Below are positions 48,612-64,000 of a stretch of DNA of 64,000 bases, piece after piece; position 1 is the stretch's first letter, and the number at the start of each line of letters is the position of its first letter. This DNA comes from Syncephalis fuscata S228 (Eukaryota; Fungi; Zoopagomycota): positions 558,001 through 622,000 of the forward strand of contig JAHLTZ010000010.1 of assembly GCA_025786725.1 (NCBI GenBank), written 5' to 3'. Below the pieces are notes generated by a model. That model had not been told where the DNA came from, did no database searches, and saw only the letters and a list, made by a program, of their open reading frames with translations. Both the position numbers and the translations under genes were made by a program.

Positions 48612-51600
48612 TAATACACATTACATTAGATATATAATACGCTTCTTACCTAATGGTTTCCACTTTATGATTGGATGCAAAAGGTTGCTCATATTTCCTG
48701 TTCCATCTTATTAGTTACTAATGCGTATTAATCAATAAATTGCTTACTTTTTCTTTCGCATATCCAATTCATAGTAATGAAGACCTTGATTAATCATATC
48801 GTTGACGTCATCTAACACCATAGTTTGTATTAGTTATTATACTTCATTTGTCATACTTATAACTACCATTAAACGCTTTACGTTCAAATGACACATGAGT
48901 ACGATCATGTCGTTTCTGCGTAACCAGCACTAGAGCGGCCACTGTATCGTCATCCAACTCTTCGTCATCGCCCCAGTCGCCTTCCAAGTAATAATCATTC
49001 TGTGTATCATACTTGTAGCGACCATAATCCTCATCGTCGTAACCATCTTCGTAGTCACTGTCACCAGCAACTAGCATATCCATATCTATATCATCGTCAT
49101 CGTCGCTATCATTGACGATAGCTCGACTAGATGATGATTTAATAGTTGCCGCTGGGCGTATCGAGTCATCTCCGTCATCGGAGGGAGCTTCATATCGTTG
49201 AGATCGACCTGAAGCGCCTTCTGGCCACGTCTCATCGTCGTCAAAGGTAAAAACATCAGTTTCTGTAGTCTCTGTTGTTTTAACACTAGTTGTTGTAGTT
49301 GCAGACACATGCGACCCATTCAATGGATACTGAGCATCTTTACCATTCGTTAGTGAATCGCGAGTACCACGACGTTGACGTCTATTCGTCTTCACCGTCC
49401 AACCGGCGTCCATTTCAGTCTTGCTTGATGGCTATAATAATTCCACATGTAAATTAAATATCCCACCAATCCCACCAACACCAATGCCCTCTATTAATCC
49501 GTAGAATAATGATTATAATCACCAACGTCAATGCAATAACAATATTAATGGTAATAATCGTAATAATAATAACAACAATAACTGTGTATTAAAATAAGTA
49601 TGCAAATCGCTTATTGAATAGTAAACGGATAATAAGAAATAGAAAGATATATAAAATAACTAATGTCTGTCACGCAATCGCCTATGAAAGAAGCTCTTTC
49701 AGTCTATAATCCAGTTTAGTCCACTTGCTGGCCTTTCTTTCTTTCTTTCTTTTCTCTCTTTCTCATTCTCTCTTTTCTGTCTCCACTTGTTCACATATGC
49801 AACCCACCGCCACTACCACCACCGCCACCGCCGTCCCAAATCCACATATTAATGCGACTGATTGGTTACTACCTCGGCAGTAGAATGACTATTCTCCGAT
49901 GACTTATGGGCCGTCGTTGTATTGTTACTATCATTGTCAGGGGCGGTGGTGGTCGTCTATATTACAGTTAGTCAGTATTAATTACAATAACAATAGGCTA
50001 GTATGGCTAATTACTTGAGCGGTGACTGCAGTAGTGGCATTTGTTCCTGTTGAAGGACCTGTCGTTGTCGTCGTCGTTGTTGTTGTTGTTGTTGTCTTCA
50101 TTGATTCGGGTAGTAGCCAAGTCTTCCAATCGGCCTTTTTACGAACCATTGTATCTTTAACTTCAAGTACTTCGCTTGAGGCTACAGCCTATTACATTGA
50201 TATAAACGTATTGTTATGTTAATAGCCTACTCATACAATAATAGTAATAGTCTTACCTCTAGTATAAATGAAGTAGACTGTGACAAGTTTTTAATACGAT
50301 TAAATGCCGCTAGAATATCAATAGGCACGTAGCCTTCGTTGTTCATCTAGTAACAACAATAAGTATTATTGACCTATTAATATACATCGCTTGTTTATTA
50401 CTTACATGAGAGCGGAGATAAATGTCACGACAAAGGTTTTCAATACTGAAATAATATTCACTATAATGCTGGATTAATACAAGTGTATAAGTGTCATTAT
50501 TGTGCAATTTACATTTGTGCCCGTAAATAGTGCTTAAGCGTATCTTGATCGGCTGATGTAGGATCGGCCGCTACTGCAGGATAACCAGGAACACATGGAT
50601 AAGCTGTGCCATAAACAGTTGCTGTATCAACATTTACATCTGGTGTACCTGATGGATAATAACGAGCATTATGACGTTGTCCATTGCCATGTCCACGACC
50701 TATATATTCAATCAGTCATTATTACTAGCATTACTATTACTAGCTACTTACGATTGCCGCCATGACGACTGCCGCCGCGATGGCTTTTGCCACGCGTTGT
50801 ATGACCGCGCGCATTGGTTACGGTATCGTCTTCACCACTTTTCTTGGCATTACCGCCCGCAGTCTGTTTATTAGTATTACTGTTATCATTAGCCGTAGTA
50901 GCTGCTGTAGATTTGGCACGATCTCCTCCTTCGCCATGTGCTTGTCGTGCTGCTGCTGTCGATGATGCTGATGGTTGCTGTTGTTGCGATGACTGTCCGC
51001 GTTTATCACGATTGCCGCCACTTCGACGAGCTGATCGGCCACCACGACCGCTACGAGAACGGCCTGTCGTTGATGATTCGTCTTTATCGTTTGATCCATT
51101 GGCACGATAGCCAGATTGACTCGTTGGCTGCTTATGCTTGATATCCACAGACATTCGAACCCATTTACCTTTGCCTATAACAACAACAACAACAACATTA
51201 CCAAGTAAGTTAATCTCTACTTTTACTATTATTATTATTATTATCATCTTGGTAATACCTTTCTTATCCTTCTTTGCTTTATCTTTAGCTGCACTAGGGG
51301 CAGTGCCGGCCTGCTCATTAACGCCATTAGATGTACCGTTTGCATTACTGGCATCCGATGATGCGGCCACGCCACTGGATGCACCCGTTGACATGATTAT
51401 CGCAGCAGCTTCCTGAGGCACTGGCCACGCCACTGGATCCTCAATTTGCGGTGGTACAGCTGTTTTTGACGGTGTAGATCCGCTGCTACCGCCGCGTCCC
51501 TTTTTCTCAGTCTTTTGTTGACGTTTGCCTTCTCCTGTATGCATAATCAATCAGTCACTTTCCCTTCTAGCCTATTACGACATTACCTTCAGCGCTAGTC

Positions 51601-51782
51601 GTAGCAGTAGCCGCAGCAGTCGAGTTGCTTCCTGCATCGCCCGTGACTGCTGGCTTGCCTGCTTTCCAAGGATTAGCGGCAGCTGCTTTAGCTGTGTCTG
51701 TGGTAGGAGCAGTGGCATGAGCGGCGCTCTGTCCAGCAACCTGATCCACAGACGACGGCGTAGGCAAGCGAGAATCAACCAT
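47264..51782 (-). CDS. LARP1: La-related protein 1 (La motif plus DM15 region), multi-exon
   Basis: La motif [43 protein letters not shown]15 region [75 protein letters not shown]. Confidence 0.93.
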
Positions 51783-52825
51783 GCTGCAAAGAGAACGAGA
51801 AGAAAGTAAAGATCCGTCTCTGATCCAAAAACAGTGTTAACTTTTAAATAATGGCAACACACACACACACCCGATAGGAGAATATATGCAAATACACAAG
51901 ATCACAAGCCCCTTCTCGGCATCGCATACACTCAAGAAATACAAGTGTTTAATCGACTTACTTGACAGCAGCAGTACCACTCAACCAATAAAAAAATCGA
52001 ATCCACTGGTTGTAAACAGTGTAGACAAGAATGACAAAAATGTAATAAATTGTATGCAGCGTGCTTCAACAACAACAATTTTGGGCAACAAATAAAAAGC
52101 CAATAAGAAGATAAAAAGAAAATGTATTGGCTGGACACAAATGTCAATGACACACAAATGCACCTGGACCAATACAGAGTGAGAGTGGAAGTGAGAGTGA
52201 GAAAGTAAGAGTGAGTGAGAAAGTAAGAGTGAGAAATTGATAGAGCGACAATATTTGCACACTAATCGTTGTTTGCAGTCACTCGTAATAATAGTAGCAA
52301 TGATATCACACCTGCAGTAATTGTCATCAATGTAATAATGGCTGTATGTGTTAGTGTCTTAAGAAAATAACACAAGTAAATGAACAAAGAGTGCATCAAA
52401 GAAGCAAGGATAATTGAAGGGGAACATCAAACTACATCCTATTCACGTTGTAACATCGCTATTACAAATGGATCAATTTGATTTATAGATACTCATAGCT
52501 GAAACAGAATATTCAATTGACAGAGATGTAATATGATTGATTAAGGAGATTATAGTTTATTATAATAGGAGCAGTATAGCTATTTTTATCTTTATCGCTT
52601 GCTATTAATCCATGTATTACTATTGGTTATACTACTGGAATGGCATATGGATGACTTTGAATAAACCCGTTGATTGAAGTTTATGCCCCCTATTTTGAGT
52701 TTCTTAAAGTAGAACTCATTATTAAAATGTTGTTGATAAATTGAGTTAAATAAAATATATTATTGTATAAAACATTGTATTCAATTAACATTATTATACG
52801 CTTTAATCATCACATTATTACATTT

Positions 52826-52925
52826 AATGAGTATTTGATGACTGATGTCACTCACCACCCATCATCATGTTCAATAGATTCAATATTATTAAATGTTAGT
52901 CATTTGATCATCAAACAAACAATAA
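52826..52925 (-). mobile_element. Short dispersed repeat related to the Fanzor/TIR remnants
   Basis: tatttgatgactgatgtcactcaccacccatcatcatgtt.aatagatt is the near-exact reverse complement of 29020-29070. A related core lies at 28305-28320. Confidence 0.6.
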
Positions 52926-54537
52926 ATGACTAGTAAATTATTTAATATTTACAAAAAAACTTATTTATTTAATTAATTAATAAATAATATAATATATACA
53001 AGCCATAAATCAAATGACAATGTTCATAAAATGATTATAAGTTAATTCAAACACAAATGAAAGAGTTGTTCAAGTGGTGGAATAAAACAAAGAATAAAAA
53101 CCAATTATAATTATAGAATATGTCATCAGTAGAACAATGAATGTAATAAGAATGACACACACACACACACACACAACAAACAATAAAGAAAATATATTCA
53201 TAAAACAATATTATCAATAAAGCAATGATAGCATTGTCAAAAAGAGTATTCTAAATAGATTACCATCTAAAGACTACTATTACATAGTGCTTCTAAGTTA
53301 ACGTACGTAAATATGATACTTAATACATTCAGAAAGGTAAAGTGATAATTGCTAATTATATAAATAAATAAAATACATTAACAACTTTAAATTCATTATA
53401 ATTGTGTGCACATACTATTTGCTCTTTTAAAAACAATATACAATATACAATATACAATATATTTTACATTCAAATTAATTTGTTTATCCTATTTTTATTG
53501 CCAAAAGTAGGGAGGCTCAAAGTAGAATAGCTCCTAACGGATAGGATTGGCCTTTGAGTCATCATTAACCAGATGAATGATGAAATAACCTATCAATGAC
53601 GGGGGTTCAAATAGCCAGCTACTCTTTTAGGCCATATCAACTAATTAAGCAATGCCGAACAATCAATAGATGCTGTACAAATAGAATCGGTTCCTTAACA
53701 ACCAACTATACACGGAAATCCCAAGGAGGACAAAAAGGAAGACGAAGCAGAAGAAGAAGCACTAAGAAGCATAGAGAGGAAGAGGAAGAGAAGAATCCAA
53801 ATAGAATTGGCACTACAAGAAGCAGGAGAAACAGTAGCAGTAACAGCAGCAGTAATAGAAGGACCAGTCAGTATACTATACACATGCACCTATTTACTTT
53901 TTTGACTATTTGTTAATTGTATTAAGAGTGACTGGCATTACATTAATAGATTTAGTCTTTATTTCTCTTTCTATCTAATTCTAATTCTATTTATTGTCTC
54001 TATCTGTCCATCTATCTTTATACTCTCATACTATCTCTCTGTCTCTCTCTCTTTCTCCGTCTGTATCTATTGGTTAATTGATCGCTCTTTATTCTCTAAA
54101 TACAAAACAGTGTCATAAAATATCTTTCTTTCAATTGTTGTTTTACACTTGCCAAACTCACCTGTTTTCTTGTCTTACTTGTTTCTTTCTTAGCTTTGAT
54201 ATCTCCGTGGTGTCTCAGACCTTGACACGCGCAACACGCACTCACTCTTGCTCACGCACTCCTCATACTTGCTCATACTCATCTGGCGTGTGTTTTATTG
54301 TTATCGCGATAATTACTATTACAGTAGTTACACGTGTATTCATGTGCCCTCGTCCCACCTTGTCTATCGTTTCCTTGGTCATATATATTCCTTCAACGCC
54401 TGCATTACTTTGTTACTAGCATATACCATAATACATCCACCTATTCCACCACCTCTTCATCACTTATACTGCAGTAGCAACGATATTTCTGTATTCGAGC
54501 AATTCACTCTTAATTTATCATGTGGGTCTATCCAGCA

Positions 54538-57500
54538 ATGACTGGGTCGCTTGTACGATCGGTCTGGAAGACTATGCAGTCATTAAATGGGCCGTTTATA
54601 CTACAACGCAATGATACGGCATCAATAGCTATGGAAGAAGCGATGGCCTCAGAGAGTGGTGGTAACAACAACGGTAACAGTAACAGTCGTGGTCATACTA
54701 AACGACGTTCCACAGTAACAGCAACTAGTCACAATAGTAACGGTCATAGTAGAAGTATGACACCAACAATGGCCACAGCAACTGTAGGAACAGCAGGTCG
54801 ACGTTCATTACAGAATCCCATTTATCGTATTATTACTCGTAACTTTCCTCATTATCGTGGTATGTAATAACAGTGCACAATTAAATAATAACAATGAACT
54901 CATCTATCAATATAGTGGCAGAAGCAGTGGAATGGACAGATATTATAGAAGATTTGGATCAATTACAACAAACAGTTGTACCCAGAATTGAAGGGAAATT
55001 AACATCAAAAAAAGTGGTAAAATGGTTAAGAAATTGGCATTTACATGGTGAATCAGTAAGTGTATAAATATTGTAAATTACCTAAATACTTATTCTATTA
55101 CAGATGTTACCAACTGCACTATTAAAAGATACAGATAGTAATCAAGGTATTGGTGTCCATACAAATCAACATCGAAATGATTCAAATCAAGAGGTAGAAG
55201 TGGATGAGACTGGATATGCTTCATCTTCAGAAGGGGATTCAGAAGAGGAAGAGGAGGAAGAGGAAGAAGTTGAACTATTGTATTCTACTACTGCACCCAT
55301 ACGTGTACCTTCTAATCGTAGTAATAACAGTAATCATAGTAATAATCCATTATTATTAATACGTTCATCTACATTATCTACTAAAACAGTAGATACACTT
55401 GGTCTACCTGTAGTAAGAACACAATCTGCATCTTCATTAACATTGCCACAACCACACCATCATCAGCATCATCAGCATCAACATCAACATCATCAACATG
55501 ATGATAGTAAGCGAGATAGTGATCAATATGATATGTTGCCACTGCCATCAAGTCCATTAAGACCATCATTAGTAAAACAACATAAGCGTAGTTGGTCTGC
55601 TGGCAGTTATGATCCATCTACTGGTCAACCAACATCTAATATGAATAATACGTTAAATGAATCAGATTCACCGGCATTAATACCGTGTCATACTACAAAT
55701 CATGGTAAGACACGTGTCTATCCTAAATATCCACCTGTACCACCACCTGCACCATTACCACCACAAACAACTGTGCCCAGTATGACAACACCATTATCTA
55801 AAAGTGTGCCATTACCGACCAATCATTCTACCAATACACCCACTTTACCAAATAATACTGGTGGAAATAGTAATGGTGGAAATAACAACGATGTTACGTT
55901 ATGGGATACTATTGAGTCATATACACGATGGGTAGCGGCTATGGATCCTGGACTAGAGGCGTGTCTATCTCCGAATAGACATCACCTGATCTAGATCTAT
56001 ATGAAGATGAATTGGGCCAATTACCAGCAACAGCTACGTCAACAGGTCATCATCAACAGACGGTGAATGGCAGGAAGCGAGGTCAATCAACGACTAATAA
56101 TCCTTCAATGCCATCCTCTATTGGTATTGAACAATTATGGGAGTTTTCATTACAGTTTGTAGCTCTATTATCTATGCCAGATGTTGAAGGCAGACCCTCC
56201 TATCAAAGTAAGTTATATTTAGTTAGCAGTCAATAGTATTGGGTATTAACGATATATTTGGTTATTAGCGTTACGTGAAATGGCTCAAGTACGACAAAGA
56301 AGACGTGTTTTATCTTATTTTACCTGTTTTATTCTTCTTGTTCGTTATTGTTCCTTTGATCTATTTCTACTTGTACTATTTGCCTCCAATTGTGGTATGC
56401 TATTTCTAATGAAGAATTCCCGTCGAGTAAACATGACACTGGCCAAACGGTAAGACATTAACTAATATAATATAGTATAATATAATATAATATAATATAA
56501 TAATATTTAATTTAATTAGATCTGTACGACAACGTGTTAATTGGGCCAAACAGTGGATGGGTGGACTGATTAAACCCAAGGCAAATAATCATAGTAACAA
56601 TAGCAATAATAGCGGTAATGGTAATACACCATTAGATTCTCAATTAGTACCATCTACACCTATTATGAATGCTACTATACCATCCACACCTATACAGTCA
56701 CAACAACCAACAACCCCTACTGTAACACCTAGTACAGGGAGTAGGGCAACTGCTGTAAGACGTAAATTAAGATTACGTGGTCGTAATAGTGATGCTGCCA
56801 CTACTACTTCATCTGTCAATACAGTTGTTAATCGACTGGAAGAAGAAGAGGCGGCATTGGCAGTCAATATGGGTAATGGCAGTGTAAGTGATCCATCCCC
56901 ACCAGCACCACCACAGAATAAACAATCAACTCGTCATTCGTTCACTTTAACCTGTCCAGAGGATACAGTATCCATACAAGGCACGAATGAATCGACTACT
57001 ACTGCTACTACTGCTACTGCTACTAGTACTAGTACTAGTACTACTACCATTAGCAATAGTACATCTGTACAATCTAATCAAGTGAATCAAGGTACAACAC
57101 CAACTGTGATGGCCCGTCAAGTAGTGGCAAGTGCTACTTCAGCAACTGCAAAACGACTATCTTTTTTTCGTACACGTAGTCCAAGTAACGCTACAGATAA
57201 GATGGCCCAACAACAGCGTTCTCATTCTTCTTCACCACCATTAAATGCAACATCAGTATCAACTGTTGTACACCCAGCTGCCATATCAGCTGCCGGTTCC
57301 CTAGCTTATAGCAACATCAACGTTGTGCTAATGGTCCAGTTACCACAAGTAGTAATACACCATTAAATACCGATGGATCACTACTGCATCTATAGCCACT
57401 GGTACTAAACGTCGCTTCTTATTTGGTAGATCCACGCCATCATCATCCATATCAAATCAATCAGAAGTGATTAATGAATCGATATCTTCATCCACTCATA

Positions 57501-57637
57501 CGAATGGTATACGATCACATTCACCCATGTCAAATGAATTATCTACTAATCCGCATAATACAACAATTGATTCATCTAGTAGTAATACTGGTAATACGGG
57601 CAGTACATCAGCTGCTTTTGCTTTGATATCTACGTAA
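54538..57637 (+). CDS. Uncharacterised low-complexity protein with a central hydrophobic (TM) segment, multi-exon
   Basis: ORFs at 54538, 55104 and 56557 plus an exon at 56269-56449 (LREMAQVRQRRRVLSYFTCFILLVRYCSFDLFLLVLFASNCGMLFLMKNSRRVN), joined by GT-AG introns. Apparent frameshifts. Confidence 0.55.
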
Positions 57638-57872
57638 TTCTTTTCTTTTCTTTTTTTCTTTATTCTCTTTAGTTTAAATAGCAATATTGGTGGTATAATT
57701 AGAATGATTGCTATTTCTTTTATTTTTGTATTATTAAATATAGTAATTACTTTTAATTAATTAATTAATTAATAAAAAGCCATATAATAGTAACAATTCC
57801 ATCCTTGATTTATTTGTCAATAGATACAATAATGAGTATAGTAAAAATAATATGATTTGATCTTTATACGGT

Positions 57873-61932
<4,060 letters not shown>

Positions 61933-62240
61933 TAGAACAAATAGTGTTAAAATAGAGTGGCAATACAGAAAACAAGAATAGTTGAGAAATAGAATTGATG
62001 TACACACACACACACACATTTACACATTGGTTCATTATTATGTTACCAATCAATATTAAAGTTGAATCTAGATTGAATCGACTCGATTTGGTATGATCCA
62101 CGCGTACTAAGAGATGGTCGTGTAATAAACGCTTTTTCCTTCTTTTGCAGTAGCAGCAGTAGTAATAGCAGCAGTAGTAATAGCAGCAGCAGTAGTAACC
62201 ATCACTGTAAAAGGCCATACAATGCTTATAGTGATACACT

Positions 62241-64000
62241 ATGAATCCTGCCAATGAACCAAATCTAGTTGAGCCAACTTCACGGCTACTTGACCTTGAT
62301 CCAATTGATGAGGTCGATTCGGAGGAATTGGTAAGTTAAAAGGACGACATAAACAAGAGAAAGCGAGAGAGAGACGAGACGAGACTGTCTGAGAACCTTT
62401 TACTATGCGTATTCGTTAATATAATACTATACTAACTTGTTACTATTATTATAATATATGATATATGATATAGAAAATGGCGGCGGCTTTTGACGTTCTT
62501 GCTACACAATTACAAGGAAAGCCAGAAGCTGAAGTGCAACATATGTTACATAAAGCGGTAAGTTGATTAATAATTCTATTCTATAGCAATAATAATAATA
62601 TAATGTACTATCATATTATATCATATAATCTATTAAATGGCCATAATAGTCATCGGAAAGTTTAGAAAACCATGCTGAAATGGTGGGCGGTTTAATTTAT
62701 GGCATGATTACAGATGGTAAAAATGCTGAACAGGTAATTAAATGAATACACTATTTAAGACATTTAATAACTATTGTATTTAGTGGTTACATTATATGAA
62801 TTTTGTAGTGCGTGATGGTTATGCTCACGCGGTAGGTGTAATGCGTTATTTGGTAGGATTGGCCCGATTCAATCGTATTACTAATGACTGTCAACGACAA
62901 GTAAGTGTCATTGTATTACTGGTAGGTTAAACTACTAATATAGAATTGATATATGATTATAGCTGTTATGGCTATTAAACCATATGGTTGAACTAAGTGT
63001 GCCCAGTATGGAAACAGTTCTTCTTGTATTGTTACGACAGTTACGCGGTAATTAACACATACTTTTATAATAACATTTATTCATTTAATCTAATACGTAT
63101 ATATTATATTTATTATAGGTGGCGATGTTACACCTCAGAATATTTGGCTTATTGGCAATACGCTTGAATTGTTGATGCGGCATCGTGATTGGCTATTTAC
63201 ACATCCACGTCTTGTATCCACATCACTTTATGTTTATCTACGATTGATGTTAGATCATGCAAAGTTTTCATCTATGCTTGAAAGAGAAGTGGCATTCTGT
63301 TCTTGTTTATTACGTGAGAAGGTAGGTGGATTATTATTGTTATAATTATTGTTAATAATATGGGTCTATGTATATGAATATCTATACAGTTTCTAGAATG
63401 TAGTGATATTGGTAGAGATCTCGTACGGGCTCTACAAGATGTGGCACGTATTCCAGAATTTGAACAAATATGGCGTGATTTATTAGTAGAACCACGTAAA
63501 TTAAGTCCTCATTGTAAAGGTAAGTATTAATACAATGATAGTATTAGTCGTTACTTATTTATATTAATAGGATTGACTGAATTATTACGTAAACCTACAC
63601 CGAGACATTATCTACAAAGCGATTGACACTTGAAATGGAACAACGTATTTTGTTTATTCTTGAACGTGTACGTGTTATTAATAGACAATATTTATATTAT
63701 ATTGACGTATTTTATATAGTTATCTTGGGAAAGACATCGTAGAAATTTATCTTGGTTTGTTGAGCGGTATTTAACATCACCCGAATCAGATGCTATTGTA
63801 TCGGATGTTATTCGATATATTATTGGTGTATATCATCCATCCAATGATGTATTGGCATCCAATATTGTACCACGTTATGTAGTTATTGGAGGTTTATTAC
63901 GTTATATTAAGGTAAGTAAATGAGTATATTAGATAACTATTTGTTAATAATATGTATAGTCTAATGTTACAGCGGCTATGGCAAAATTGGCTATATTTTA
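62241..64000 (+). CDS. INTS3: Integrator complex subunit 3 (INTS3/SOSS-A), 5' part; runs off the window
   Basis: Spliced motifs GLIYGMIT, VVRDGY, LLRQLRGGDVTPQNIWL, YVYLRLMLDH, EREVAFCSCLLREKFLEC..IGRDLVRALQDVARIPEFEQIWRDLL and DVIRYIIGVYHPSNDVLASNIVPRYVVIGGLL. Confidence 0.92.

Overview
AT-rich, intron-containing eukaryotic DNA, most likely from an early-diverging fungus. This is inferred from the short GT-AG introns, the presence of INTS3 and DM15-type LARP1, Fanzor remnants and expanded CAP and F-box-like genes; a Zoopagomycota-like parasite such as Syncephalis is plausible but not provable here. Housekeeping genes: NAE1/ULA1 (partial), Sds3-like, LCL3, SAM50, SEC61-beta, SEC53/PMM, GRH1/GRASP, GIR2, RCF2, NDK, LARP1, PRP22 and INTS3 (partial). 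They flank two accessory islands. The first (about 12.4-29.8 kb) holds four CAP-domain genes, two F-box-like genes, a two-TM membrane protein and Fanzor/TIR debris. The second (about 38-45.6 kb) holds MULE/Fanzor debris and the main discovery. That discovery is an apparent 79-83 bp 'minisatellite' at 41.04-43.0 kb which, read on the minus strand, is a chain of spliceosomal introns separating 24 micro-exons (22 of 3 nt, 2 of 6 nt). Spliced to an upstream signal-peptide exon, they give one open frame encoding a roughly 59-aa secreted six-cysteine peptide precursor (...KDPAGCRACLKRCIGHSGCFCDKECS*), almost one codon per exon. Several conserved genes carry small frameshifts that look like assembly errors.
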